In this document: positions 1-12,842 of the stretch, piece after piece | Position numbering within the stretch: the first letter of the stretch is position 1 | How the letters are laid out: every line of letters begins with the position of its first letter | Source: Zancudomyces culisetae HAW-14-8 | Taxonomy: Eukaryota > Fungi > Kickxellomycota | DNA: 64,000 nt | Reading direction: 5' to 3' | Assembly (NCBI GenBank): GCA_052426225.1 | Contig: JBNJNM010000023.1 | Coordinates: 434,001 to 498,000, forward strand | Made by a program: the position numbers and the translations under genes | The notes under the pieces: generated by a model | What the model saw: only the letters and a program-made list of their open reading frames with translations | Told to the model about the DNA's origin: nothing | Databases searched by the model: none

Positions 1-193
1 CCTGTAAAATCCGAGTTACATAAACCCGCAGAATATTAATGAGATGTAGTACACTTCACATATTTTTGAACACTTTTTTTGTAAAGAAAGAAGCTAAACT
101 AGCTTTCATGTCCCCGTCATTTAGTTATTATTTACATATTCTTATTATAATATCCTTTTCTTATGTAAAACTCTAAAATTATCAATTAATTCA

Positions 194-2770
194 ATGGATT
201 ACTGTAAAATAACAGACGAGAAAGTATGCAAACTTAACCTCCCAAAAACCAATAAGCGAAATACTCAAAAGTAAATAGGTTGAAATAAAATAATATTATA
301 TAAGCCTAGAATTGGACTCATGGTTGATTGTAATGGCTTTGCATAAACTAATTTATTACAAGAATTACCTTCAGTTAGTTATTTAATGATTAATACAAAC
401 TCTAAAAGTGAAAATTCTTCCAGTAGTGGAGGCAAACGGAAGAGATCAAAACTACACACAGATGATGCCCACAGAAAACACACAATAAAGATCAAGTATA
501 CTGTAAATGGGGAGGCAAAGAAGATGCAAACAAAACAAATCGTGTGTGAAAAGTTTGTGAGCATAAAAGAAAGGATCAATATATTGCGCAAGCAAGTCAA
601 AAAAAGGATTATCGTTCTCAAGGAAAACATTAACGAGGGCTTTAAAAGTGAAACAACCAACTTGATGACAAAAGTTTGTACTATTGATATGAACATTCAA
701 AATAGCATTGATAGAGACTCAGAATATATAGTGTTATCAAAACTTTTGCGAGATGTGATAGACGAGCTAATCGATAGGCTTATATACCGCTATCCATTGC
801 TTGTGAATGTTGTAAGGATTCCTCAATTTATACAGAATATAAAGAATTTTCAAGTCCCAAAACATGTGGTTTACATGCTTTTGCTGGTGGGGTCAACCTT
901 ATTAAAAAATGATAAGTTTTTTGAAGCATTTACTGAGGAGAAGCGTAAAAGAGCATTAAAAAATGTTACTGAGTATATGGGAACGGTAATCAGTAATCCA
1001 GATTGCTTGAGTATATGGACAATGCTGGTTTTAGCCAAACACTATGCTGCACTTGGAATCCTGTCACAATACACAAAATATGTACACCTAGCAGCCAGCT
1101 TGGCAATTTTAATGAAATTACATAGGGTTGATGAGTATTGTATTAGAACACCCGCTAATCAGAGCGAGGATTTGATAGTGGAAAAAGAACTTAAAAGGCG
1201 TCTTTGGTGGTGCTCATATATTTTTTCCGTATTATTATCTGAAGCAACAGCGGTTCAACCGGCTATACAGCATAAGGACATATTTGTAAACATACCCAGC
1301 AATGATCGTTTATGGCATAATAATTCGGAATTTATACTTCCAACAAACTCGACGAAAAGAGGTGACATGATTCTAAGCAGCCAAGGTGAATTCAAATTTG
1401 ATACATTTGCTTCATATGTGATGCTGTTCAGGGTAAGACATGTAAATGTAACTTTTATAAACCGGAGAGAGATTACAATAGCAAAGGACATGGATAAAGA
1501 CTATCAGCGCTATTTGATAATGTTCACAAACTCTATGCAGTTTCAGGAGAGTGTCGTGGTGAAATTTCACAACGAGTTGAAAAAAATATTGGTATTTGGA
1601 GTACGCAATCCAAATATAGTGAATGTGATGAATATTGAATACTTTATACTACGCTACTGTACATTAATTCTAAACTCCTGTGTAGCCAATCTATACATTA
1701 CCACATCAGAGGTAGCTTACTATAAGAGCGTGGATATCCCCCCAGAGAGGATAAAACTGGCTAAAATAATGCTAATTGAGAACACTATCCGCTTTACAGA
1801 GATATTTTATTGGCTAATGTCAAACTTTTCACTTGATAAGTTTGATGTGGAGCTAAATAGCATGATTTTTTATGTTTTTAAACATCTCATAAACATGGAA
1901 TATGTAAAAGATCTAAGTAGGCTCAACGCAATCATAAATGGAAAAAATGCATTATCTGAATACTTTGAAAGGCTCAAGTTAACCTCATCGTCAGCAAAGA
2001 TCTACTATTATTTGCTTAGTAACTTTTCCGATGTTAAAAAAAGTTATGACAAGGCCAACGCCAAATTTAGAAGCATTCCTCCAGATTTTGCAATGAAAAT
2101 GCTTTCACCATATGACTATAATCCGTGGGTGGTTCCAAATGGAAGCAGCTACCTCAAAAATACATGCTGTCATGATTCATCAAGTACAGAAGTCCATGAC
2201 CCGTTCCTGTTAAGTAAAATCTCTGCAAAAAAGAATTCGAATAAAGATAAGGGGTTTCTATCTCCATTTGTCAACGAAGCCAGTAAAAAGAGATATATAA
2301 TGGCGATTGACTTGAAGCCAGTAGTTGAAAAATCAGAAAATCTCTACTTGTCATTGGAATGCCTGAGTACCTCAAAAAAACCATCTGAAAAGTACAATGC
2401 TAACAGTATAAGTCATCCAACCTTGGATGATGATCCTCAAGACTTTTATGTAAAATTTGTCAACTTTGATACACGACCTCAGAGTATCACGTTGCTTAGT
2501 CAATGCAAAAAAATGATTGAGCGCGTATTTTACCCAATTGTGAGTGCAAACGCTAAATCTATGTATAAAAACCAGTCCCCAACATTTGAGCAAAATCTCA
2601 TTATTTCCAGCTATAGGGAAGCTTTTTTGAGCTTTGATTTTACTGAATTGTTGTACAACCCCATCGAGCAAGCACAGAGAGGTGATAAAACTCGTGGGTG
2701 TGAATTCCTATACAAAAGCAAAAAATGCGCTAGGTTTGGTTCGGCTATTAACTCTATGATTGATGATTAA
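194..2770 (+). CDS. Fungal-specific transcription factor (middle homology region, Fungal_trans-like) protein with no recognisable Zn2Cys6 cluster; probable exons 194-270 and 379-2770
   Basis: The 794-aa ORF 386-2770 contains 'A..LA..MKLH....EKELKRRLWWCSYIF...LS..T', typical of the fungal TF middle homology region. An upstream ATG at 194, donor GTAAAT at 271, branch-like ACTAAT near 348 and acceptor TAG ending 378 join in frame. Confidence 0.7.
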
Positions 2771-3459
2771 TCTCATAGACTTATGGTAGAAGATGAATTT
2801 AGTATTGAAGTCCACTCACTGATTTTCTAGATAAGTTTTGATAATCTTTTAGTATAGAACCATACTTATGTTTATTAAATAAATATATCATGATACATCT
2901 AAATTATTTTATTATCTTTTAGTTTTCTGATGTTACTTTAATATCCAAGATCAATTATAAGCTATAAACCAAAACATTACATTTACAAAAAGAAAGTACA
3001 AACAGTAAATAAAAAGGTAATTACGGCAAACTGTATTTTTAGTTGAAATAACGCATTAAAACTTCCACTATTTTCACTGATCTACAAGGTGGTAATCAAG
3101 TCAACTCGGCTCCCCGTAGCATTATATATTCTGTGTGCTTGTTAAAAAAACGTATTTTTATTTCATTTCAAGGGTCATTGAAATGTGGAAGTGTGTCTGT
3201 ATAACAAGGTGGACTAAATTGTAGCTAATACATACTTGAGAATTCTGTATCTGTACTTATTTTGTACTCTGAAATAGATAATTTCAGTAAAAAACTTCCG
3301 ATAACATAAACCATTTAATCATTAAGTGTACAATTCCTGCAAATAGAAAATTAAAATTAAAATCAGATTTTGTACCTATTTTCCCTAATTTTATCTTTGA
3401 AGTTCGAATTAAATTCTGAGTGAAGTGGTGATACCAAGGTGTATTATACAAGGTTCATC

Positions 3460-4682
3460 ATGGGAGACAGAAACGATCTAAGCGAGAAAGAAATAACAAC
3501 ATACCTACGAGAATTGCATATCGATGATCTCACCAAAATAATTTTGAATGATTTCACACAAACTTCATATAGTGTATATATTGATATGCACTTGCTGATT
3601 GAATTCTCACCCATAATGGGCTACAAAATACTAAAAAAACCAATGGTGAACATCAAAAAAATTGAGTCAGTGTTGTTGGGGCTGCAAGAGGAGCTTTGTA
3701 AGGAAATCGATGGACTGAGGGAGGGGAAAGTAAAAGAAAATGTGCTTGTAAGAATAGAAAAGTTACCAAAAGTTGACGGGTTGAATAAATTCAAAGTACC
3801 CACGAGTGTTGATATTGGGAAACTATTGATTTTTAATGGTATTGTTATTAGGATGGGTGCAAACAAAATTCTTGAAACCTTTAGATTCTACAAATGCACC
3901 AAATGTAAACGGTATACGCAAAGTGAGGCAGATATCGAGTCGTACAATTATATAGCCAAACCAATGAAATGTGTGGACTGTGGTAATGGGAATTTGGCTG
4001 AAGTTACCAACAATTCAGGCAAGTTCTAATGTTTAATGTATTTAATAGCAAGATATTCATTCCAATCTCAAGACTTGTAAATGTAACTGCTAGGTGCGCT
4101 TCTATGAAAAATAAACAAATAGAGTATGGAAACATCAATACGTGTATTGACTATCAAGAAATTAAGGTACAGGAGATGGCAGATAGAAAAGTGTTTGGCT
4201 CTATTCCTCGAAATATAGCTGTAATTTTGCAAAATGATCTTGTTGATAAAGCTAGGTCAGGGGATCAAGTAACCATAGTAGGAATAGTGCTAAGAAGGTG
4301 GAAGACAGTAATACCCGGACAGCGGCATGATATAAGTATATGTATGTTGGCAAGCAGCATCTTTGTACACAACAATAACGATCATTTAAACATCTACTCT
4401 ATTTCACGAGAAATGAAACTGTTTTTTGAGATTTATTGGAGCAAGTATGTGGACAAGCCTATTAGAGGGAGAGATGGAATTTTGGCTGCGATATGCCCCC
4501 AGGTATATGGATTGTATATTGTCAAACTGGGGTTGCTTTTGGTCATGATTGGGGGTACGGGTAAAAAGAGTACCGATGGACTCAATATTCATTATGGAAT
4601 GCACTTGTTGCTAGTTGGAGATCCTGGCACTGCAAAATCACAGTTCTTGAAGTATGCGGCAAGGTTTTATCACGATTGGTAG
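3460..4682 (+). pseudogene. MCM9: MCM9-like helicase, 3'-truncated; exons 3460-4018 and 4123-4682, GC-AG intron
   Basis: Shows the MCM N-domain with Zn finger (CTKC...CVDC), 'DYQEIKVQE', 'GSIPR..AVILQNDLVDKARSGD.V...G', 'GRDGILAAICPQVYGLYIVKLGLLLVMIGG' and Walker A 'HLLLVGDPGTAKSQFLKYAA', then TAG. No Walker B or Arg finger is visible downstream. CAG|GCAAGT at 4019 and TAG ending 4122 join the two ORFs in frame. Confidence 0.75.
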
Positions 4683-5344
4683 TTTGATGTAATTTGATGT
4701 GGTTTTATTTAATTATTCTTCTAACAGAGAGCTTTTTAAGTGACTCATAAACTGGGTGATACTTTTCATTATCGTTTTTTTGTTACATTAACCTTTTACC
4801 GCGAATTATTCGTAATAGAAATATAAACTAAATAGAAAAACCGAAATAAATTGAAAAACTATCTTTTTACTTGCCTCAATTTATATTTTACTTTACGCTG
4901 TGGATGGGGATTAGTGGGACATTATCACTCTTGGGTTACTATAAAAAAAGTTATAAAATTGATTAATTGTGTTATAGGTTGATTTATTAATCCATAAAAA
5001 AATCAAACTCAAGTTCTGACTACCTTTAAGATAACATATTTTCTTAACTATCGATTCTTTCTAGTTAACCATGGTTTACCCAGATATTATTAATTTTCTG
5101 CCATGTTGATATACTATGTTTGTATGTGCCAAAATGAAATAAATATTTTTATGGAATTTTTTTGGTTTATAATTTTTTTGGTTTTTAAAAGCTTTAGATA
5201 TGTGATAACTATATCTTAAGTTTAGGAATAACAACTATAAATATGTGGGTAAACGTGTTTTTTTACGCTTCATCTTTTCAAAAACACAGTCTTCTTATTT
5301 GCCATCGCAAATGATTGTTTTCGAATTAACCAGTATACTTTAAA

Positions 5345-7251
5345 ATGAGAGCGTTTCAACTTACCTTGATAAGTACTATATTAGTGTTACCAACAAGTTT
5401 TCAATATGAATATACTACAGGTACATCAAATGACTTGTATAAACGAAAAGAGTGAGCCCAGAATGTAACAAAACTGGTAAAATATCCAACCTTTGTATAT
5501 AGGCTTGAGGATCTCTACAATTTTACAGAACTGAGCTTGCAAACACAGTCTGCAAGTGAAAGAATAGATTTATCAACTGATTCATCAGACTATGGATTCG
5601 AGCTTGATGATCTCGGTATAGAACCTACGTTTTTTCTCCCCACCTATTCAAGACAAAACAGCTGGTACTCCTAAAAAAAAGTGAGAGTAAAGACTCCAAA
5701 AGAAAAAAGTCAACATCCCGCTCACCAGCTGCAAGTAAAAGTAAAGCTAAGATAAAACAATCACAACCACATAACCCTACCAATACCCATCCTACTGCAT
5801 TTGGAAAAGATGAAAAAATCTAAGAGATATGCCAGTCATATAACTCTGTGCAGTACATAAGAAATCCCTGTAAAGACTCTAACGGATCATTTATAATCAC
5901 AGGATTCCTATCATCAGCTGGCATTAGTGGTGCTTCGACAGACACTAGTCTTGAAGATAGAGATTTATCAAAACTGCTGGCTGTATATCTATCCTCGTAT
6001 CTAAGTATAACCTCACGAAAAGTAAAAATTATATTGTCTAACCGCTTTAGTGGAATTTACAAGCCAGAAAGTAAAACATTCAACCCAGAAATATTCGATA
6101 TTCAGACTTGTACAGAATATATTAGCAACCAGATAAAGACCAGGGCGCTGTATACAAATTTTGACGATCTCAACACAGATACTTATGCCGCAATTGAACA
6201 ACCACTTATGACTTCGATGGACTACAAAAGTTATGTTCCCAACATCAGTTTTAATGGCGACTCGTCAAACTACAAGCCAGATAAGTCGGTAGCGGATATA
6301 GGAATTACCCAAGTAGACTACTCATCAAACAAAAAAAGTGCTACAGATAACTTATATAGCCTTTGTAATTCGATTACACCTGGGAATGCGCTAGAAAGGA
6401 GAAATAGCGATGAGTCCATTGGTGCATCAGCTGATAAAGCAGAGGTAGTAAAAGACAACAAAAGTATAGCGGGTGAAGCCGAGAATATAGATAGTAATGC
6501 AAGCACAACAAGAACACAACTTGAACAAGTGCATTCGGGATCAAAATATGGCAATGGCCAACTGGATTTAAATTTTATAAACTCAAACAAGAAGTCGCAG
6601 GTTATCACAATATCTGAAATGATCACCTTGGCCAAAGAAAATGAGGAAAAGTCAGAGGCTGATAAAAAGACAACAACGACATATGCCTTTGAGGTCAAAA
6701 CACCTAGCTCCAAAGCAAAGAGCACCACTGATACAGCTGTTAAAATAAACCCGTCTATGAACTCCACACTATTAACAGTTTTACCTGAGAATTTTTCTTA
6801 TTTTTTGTTTGAAGAAAACAAAAACATAGAAATAATATCAGATCCTTTGCCTGTATTTAAAAAAACCACTACTGTGGATAACAACCAAGATGACAGTGCC
6901 AAATAATCAACTCCAGAGCAGGAAAACGTAATTCCATTTTACATCTACAAGTCAAAACACTCCATAAAGATAGGATCCGGGTTGGTACTGCAAAATCACT
7001 TAAAAAACCACATTAGTTTGGATTTTAAAACGTTTGACGATTTTGAAACTCTTTCAAACTTATTTTTTAGTTCATTTGAGAACATTTTTACAGCCGAAAA
7101 TAAAACGGTTGATCTTGCTCATTTGAAAAGTCTGGCACTAAACAACGTTTCTCCAGTAAACTACATAGGAATGAGCACATTTGGCGCTGGTAGTACGATT
7201 CCCGGCAATGATGTTGTTTATTCTAATGTTCGGGATGTTTTATTCACCTGA
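5345..7251 (+). pseudogene. Disrupted gene for a putative secreted Ser/Thr-rich protein
   Basis: ATG 5345 starts a signal-peptide-like MRAFQLTLISTILVLPTSF, with a possible 51-nt intron at 5452-5502 and frameshift(s) near homopolymers at about 5630-5710. ORFs 5848-6906 and 6982-7251 share one frame, interrupted by single TAA codons at 5821 and 6904. Confidence 0.5.
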
Positions 7252-7877
7252 AAGTTTGTATATTTATTATAGTCCTTCACAACAAGTAGTCAGCAATTTA
7301 ATAAAGGCTGAAATTAATTAAAGATAAGCTGTGATAGTATAATAACATGTATTATGTACTGACACACACCTGTACCTTTTTCTGGTTATTTTTATTTTCG
7401 GTTTGGAAATGAATAGCATCCATAAACTAGGTACAAATAGGATATAAAGCCGGGGTTAAAGGTGAATCACCTATCTGCTTATCTACCACATATTCTATTC
7501 TTTACCCTACAGTCCCTGTTACATGATTACAAAAACAGATAATAATTTTAGTTCGTTAATCCAAATGTACTGGAATACACCGACAACTCTAGTCAAGATT
7601 AAACGATGAAGAATATGCTTTTTTTACCACATATGTTATATATTGACCACTTTGTAACAACAGTGTAATAAGGTGGATTACTAAGGGAATGAATATGCTT
7701 TTCGAATAAGTTTTGTATTTTTTAAAGTCCACTAACAAATATATTACATTTTCATAAAATCCCTATGTAACGAATCTACGTATACTTATTTAATGCAACA
7801 AGACACCATTTTAGTTGCGAAGTTGATTGTGTCATTTTGAGATATAGTTAGACCCTATCTTCCATTTATTCTAATAG

Positions 7878-8862
7878 TTATCTAACTAGCTTGACTAGAG
7901 TGGGTTTATTTTTCCCTTTTTGAAGTATTGTTTTATCCGTTCCAGTAACTTGTACAATTTTTGTTAATAAATAGAGTAAGAATCTTGCTTGCGTTCGCAA
8001 ATTGTAACTAGCAGTATACTGTCGGACGAGACCGGGCGGGTCACGTTCCTTGGTCGGGTTTTTCATGCTAAGGAACTGTTGGATGAAGGCTGCACGTAGT
8101 TGCTGCATGAGACCTGACATGGGATTTTAGTAATTTTAAACTTTTACTATTTACTATTTTAAACTTTTAGCCGAAGCACCATTAATATTATTATATGACT
8201 TTTAAATAAACTTGTACTAAACAAAATTCTTCTTGTTCAATGTCTTTATTTCCTGATGTTTCTAATACGTTTTAAAATACTAAAAGAGCTAAAGAAACTC
8301 CAATATAGTTATCTTAAACTATATATATAATATTTATTAATTTCAAATTATGCCTATTTGTTTATCCATCTTAATTTGGTTAATATCTTATTTTATTTCT
8401 TTATTCATATTTGGTCGCATTTTCCATACTCGTTTTTTTACTCTTATGATAATTGATATACTAATAATATTAAATTCATTTTATGGTATTATTACATTTT
8501 ATGATTTTTCTCTTGATTTTTTGATCATAATGTTTATGACATTTTGTGATCAGAAATTTAGTTCATATTTTTGATAGTTGAAATAATAACTAAAGGAATT
8601 TCATTATTAGTCATTTTTATAATTTTCATTAAATACTCTATCTTTCCCAAGTAATTGGATTTACTAGGTCATATACCCAGAACACGCGACACAGCCATAG
8701 ACAGATATCCCTTGGCATTCATTTTGGTCAGCATTTATGTATCTGTAAGCGATAGAGTCCAGTCTATCGCAATTCAGGTAGTTCTTCATTTAAAGTATAT
8801 AAAAAACTTTTACATTGTGCGCGCTAGCCACATATAAGCAGTTCTCCCCCATCCTTTCCCCT
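7878..8862 (-). mobile_element. Possible LTR-retrotransposon relic: polypurine tract (8842-8862), about 660-bp LTR-like segment (8182-8840), PBS (8170-8181) and short gag-like start (ATG 8120)
   Basis: On the minus strand, AGGGGAAAGGATGGGGGAGAA is followed by C-TG. Then comes an AT-rich segment with TATATATA (about 8320) and AATAAA (8245-8250), then TGGTGCTTCGGC (complementary to a tRNA 3' end ...GCCGAAGCA-CCA), then an ORF start whose first ~100 nt are GC-richer than the surroundings. There is no second LTR or pol, and the segment ends TTAA rather than CA. Confidence 0.35.
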
Positions 8863-10423
8863 AGCAGTTAACATTCACAATATTCAAGAATATTCATTGA
8901 TCCATAAGTAGTTCATCATTAATTTTAAAACAAAGGTAAGCTTTACTGAGTATTTTGTACCAGTTTTAAAAATTCCAGTATAATTTAGACCTTGCCTGTC
9001 TCCCAATACCTTTTGAAAGAGCAATAGGAGCTATACTACGAATTATAATCCTATGAGATGCACGTTTTAAATATGATTTTTGACAATGTGGCGTGTTTTT
9101 TTAATTATGTTCTGATACGATACTAATTATGCGATTTGTAGTATTGAGTATGAAAAAACGAGAATTTTTTTTTGAGTATTTATAGTTTATTTTGTACTTG
9201 TATATGGCTTACTATAAAGTGTTAAAATAAAAGATAAATTCGTTACTTTATACTCATTTATGTTGAGAATAGATAACTTCTGTTATATACCTTGTGCAAA
9301 CCGAATCGCTTGGAAATGAAAATCTTGAATTTGTTGAGATGCAAATAGGATAAGCATGATGTGTTTATAGAAATGGAAAAAGTTTAATTTATGGGACTAG
9401 CCATGCATAATGATGCATTCATAACACTGTGTTATGAGCATCACGTGCTAAAATATTGAATTAGTATCGCAACAATAAATATTCAAATTTTTTGTTTAAA
9501 TGGCACCTTTAGCTTGGTATACATTTTAATTGAGCAATATAACTAATTTAAAATAATATTTATAATTATGTAACAATTATTATACACATCTTCAAGTTAT
9601 AAGTGATAATATATGTTTATTAGTTAATAATTGCAAGTTATATAAAAGCAACTTTTTTTCGCTATGGAATCCTTGGAACTAAAATATATCATTACCTAAA
9701 TATAAAACCATCTATTCAATAGCAAATGTACCTTAGTGTCAATATGACTTCAATATATAAAAAATTAAAATAATATCTCATATATTCTACCATAACCATA
9801 ATTTGACTACATATTATAGCCTTTTAAAAACTTTGTTTTGGTAATAGGAAAAAATATATTAATAGTCTACATGGGACCAATAAAACAATAGTAGTTATAT
9901 TGTAGTTTAATGGCTACATCCTTTTAGTTAGCGAATAAATCTAGAATCCTTAGCCGATTGTAATCACCAATAAGAACAAACGAGATCAATAATAGGTACG
10001 ATACAAGTCAGCAAAGTTGAACAGCAGAACAAGCACAAAATATAGACGAGATCGAGCATCATATAGACAAAAATTAGCCTTTCTTAACAGAATACACATT
10101 ACATATACGTTTCTAGCTACATATTGATTCCATTCAGTACTTAACAATCAGTATACTTACTTTGTGCATATTATTAAAAAACAATAATAAAAGTAGTTGA
10201 CACAATCAAAACGGCAATCAGAACTAGTAAAGTGATCCCAGGTCAGTGCTATTCGAAACTCGACTATCACATTAGCCGAAAAATTACATAATAGAAAACC
10301 AATAAAATCTACTGTATATTACAATTCCAAATCTGCGATAATAAAACAAACGCAATCAATCAAAGCAAGAAAAGTATAGTGCGAGGAATATATATCCACA
10401 AGAGTAAATAAAAACAAAAATCA

Positions 10424-10496
10424 TAGAGCTATTGGGGATCGAACCCAAGACCTTCTGCGTGTAAAGCAGACGTGATAGCCACTAAACCATAGCTCT
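10424..10496 (-). tRNA. tRNA-Val(UAC), intronless
   Basis: The minus strand folds as AGAGCTA TG GTTT AGTGGCTA TCAC G TCTGC TT-TAC-AC GCAGA AGGTC TTGGG TTCGATC CCCAA TAGCTCT A. It has a 7-bp acceptor stem, perfect anticodon and T stems, A and B boxes, and T-runs (Pol III terminator) just downstream. Confidence 0.95.
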
Positions 10497-12302
10497 TATT
10501 TGTTATCTTCAAATATACATATATATAATTATTAAGCTTAAATTATAATATTGATGACTGATTTTTTGAGAGAAAATAAAGTGAGATGTATTCTTTTAAA
10601 GAGTAATGTCTGGATTTACAACAGAAAATAAATACAGATATATAATATAATAACACTTTACAACTACAAGTATAAAAATACCAAAAAACATAAATCAGTA
10701 GTAATTATTTGTTGTGTTATTGTTGTTGTTGATATACAAATATATATATATCGTTATCCTTTTTTTCAAAAACTTAGCAATATATAAATGTGGTTTCAAT
10801 GTAAAAAAAAATTTACTAACCATTCCCTTTCACCCTCTCCCACCCTTCCATAAGCTGAGATTATGAATAAAATCAAAATAAATTGAAAAAGAAGGAATAA
10901 AGAATAGTTAAAAAGGATGCATGAATTTTCAAAATTGTATTTATGATATCAACTTGTTGCGTATATTTGGTATATGTATAAACTTTTAACTTGAAAGTTT
11001 GGTGCATTTCATAGATGGTGGTGGAGCGAGGTATTTGATGTTTTTATATTTATATTTATTGATTATACAAGTTTTGACAATAGCCAGATATTTACTTATT
11101 AAGGGACCAAAATAAAAACTCGTGCATAAAGACTACAACCAGAATTATAAATATATTTATTTTTAAAAGTAAAATATATAGACATTTGCTAAAATAAAAA
11201 AAAGGTGAAAAGAGGGGTGAAAAAAGGGGGGGAGTGAAGGGAGGAGTGTTGGTGTAAAGAAAAAGAAAACACGTTAGTTTGGAATTCATAGAATGTATTA
11301 TAAATGCATAAACAAGAAAAAACTATAAGGTGTAGATATTAAGAAGATTATAAGACCGATTGATTCACGAAAATAAAGAGGAGAATTGGTAAAACAAACA
11401 AAATATTAGGGGAAGGGGAAATGATATGAAATAAAGGGTGTAAATGTACCCATGTTGTTTTTTTGATACTATTTTTTTTTTGTAAAGCAATATAAAAGGT
11501 TGAAAAAAGTAAATAAATATGGTTGTATGAATTATATTTACATTGGTGATACAAATAGTGTGGGAGGGGAGGGAATAATTCAAACATGTATATAAAGAAT
11601 GAAAAAAAAAGAAAAAAAAGTAGGGTTTGTAAGAGTTTTTCAAAATGCTATTAAATATACATTTAAACAAAGAAAGTAAAAAGGTAGATGGGTAAATGGG
11701 TAAATGGGTAAATAGTTAGAGGTAAGAGATTAATGGTGAAATTGGTAAAAATGACAAAAATGATGAAAATGGTAAAAATGGAATGAAAAAAAAACATTAA
11801 AAAAATTGAGTATAGGCACGAAATGGGGTGTAGCGAATGAAAAGATAGGCATGGGTAAACAAATTCGTGATTTTATAAAATTGAATTGAATTCAAGTTTC
11901 GTGTTCAAAGTGGGGGGAGAGAGAGAAGGGAAAAGAGTGAGAAGAGTAATGATGAGGTGGGAGAAAGGGCGAGGGGTTGAAAAATAAAAATAAAAATATA
12001 AATATAAACAATAGCAATAATAAAAGTAAAAGAAAAAGTTGAATTGAATTGAATTAAACTGAATCGAGTTGGGTCAAGTAAAAATGTAATGAATGAAAAG
12101 CAATGAAAGTAATAGAAATAGAAATAAAAACACGAAAATTAAAAATTAAAAATAAAAAAAAGCGAAAATGCGTTTACAATGCTTAAACTAAAACCTAAAA
12201 CCTAAAACCAAAACCTAAACTAAAAGTAAAACTAGGATTAAAAGTAAAACACAAAGTAAAACTAAAAGAAGAAGGGTTTGGCAAAACATTGGACATTGAA
12301 TA

Positions 12303-12307
<5 letters not shown>

Positions 12308-12337
<30 letters not shown>
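12308..12337 (+). repeat. (GATT)n microsatellite
   Basis: ttgattgattgattgattgattgattgatt. Confidence 0.9.
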
Positions 12338-12340
<3 letters not shown>

Positions 12341-12775
12341 GTGGATATAAAAGGAAATAAACGTTTGAAAAAAGAAAAAGAGAGAGAGAGAGAAGGGTTT
12401 GGTGTTGGTGTTTGGAAGGATGGATTTAAAAATTATAAAGTTTGATTTTTTGATTATTTGATTTTTTTTTTTTGCTTTGAAATGTATTAAATCTAATATA
12501 ATTTAATATAGTTTATTAATGTTCATTATTTAAAAAAAGTATGAATATAATTTGGAATTCATAATAATAATAATAAAAAAATAAAAATAACAATTAAAAT
12601 AAAAGTGTAAAAAATAAAAGGAGAGGAGAGAGGGGAGGGGGGGGAAAGGGGGGAAGGGATAAAAAAGAGAAATCGTATAAATAAAACCGTGTTTGGAATT
12701 GAAACAAACGGATGTCAAATAAAATAAAATAAAAATAAAATAAAATAAAAAATACACATATACATATATACGCAT

Positions 12776-12813
12776 TATAGTATAGTATAGTATAATATAG
12801 TATAGTATAGTAT
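12776..12813 (+). repeat. (TATAG)n pentanucleotide repeat upstream of ORF 12843
   Basis: tatagtatagtatagtataatatagtatagtatagtat. Confidence 0.85.
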
Positions 12814-12842
12814 AACAGTAGATATAAGGATAAAAATCAAAA

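Noticed and set aside
8749-8770. Perfect 8-bp hairpin GCGATAGA-gtccag-TCTATCGC
   Set aside because: Too short to be significant alone in 64 kb; noted only as lying inside the candidate LTR.
9950-10410. A-rich coding-like DNA beside the tRNA, considered as a tRNA-targeted retroelement relic
   Set aside because: No RT, integrase or gag motif and no terminal structure visible.
12187-12225. (CCTAAAA)n telomere-like repeat
   Set aside because: Only about three imperfect units within a low-complexity A-rich tract.
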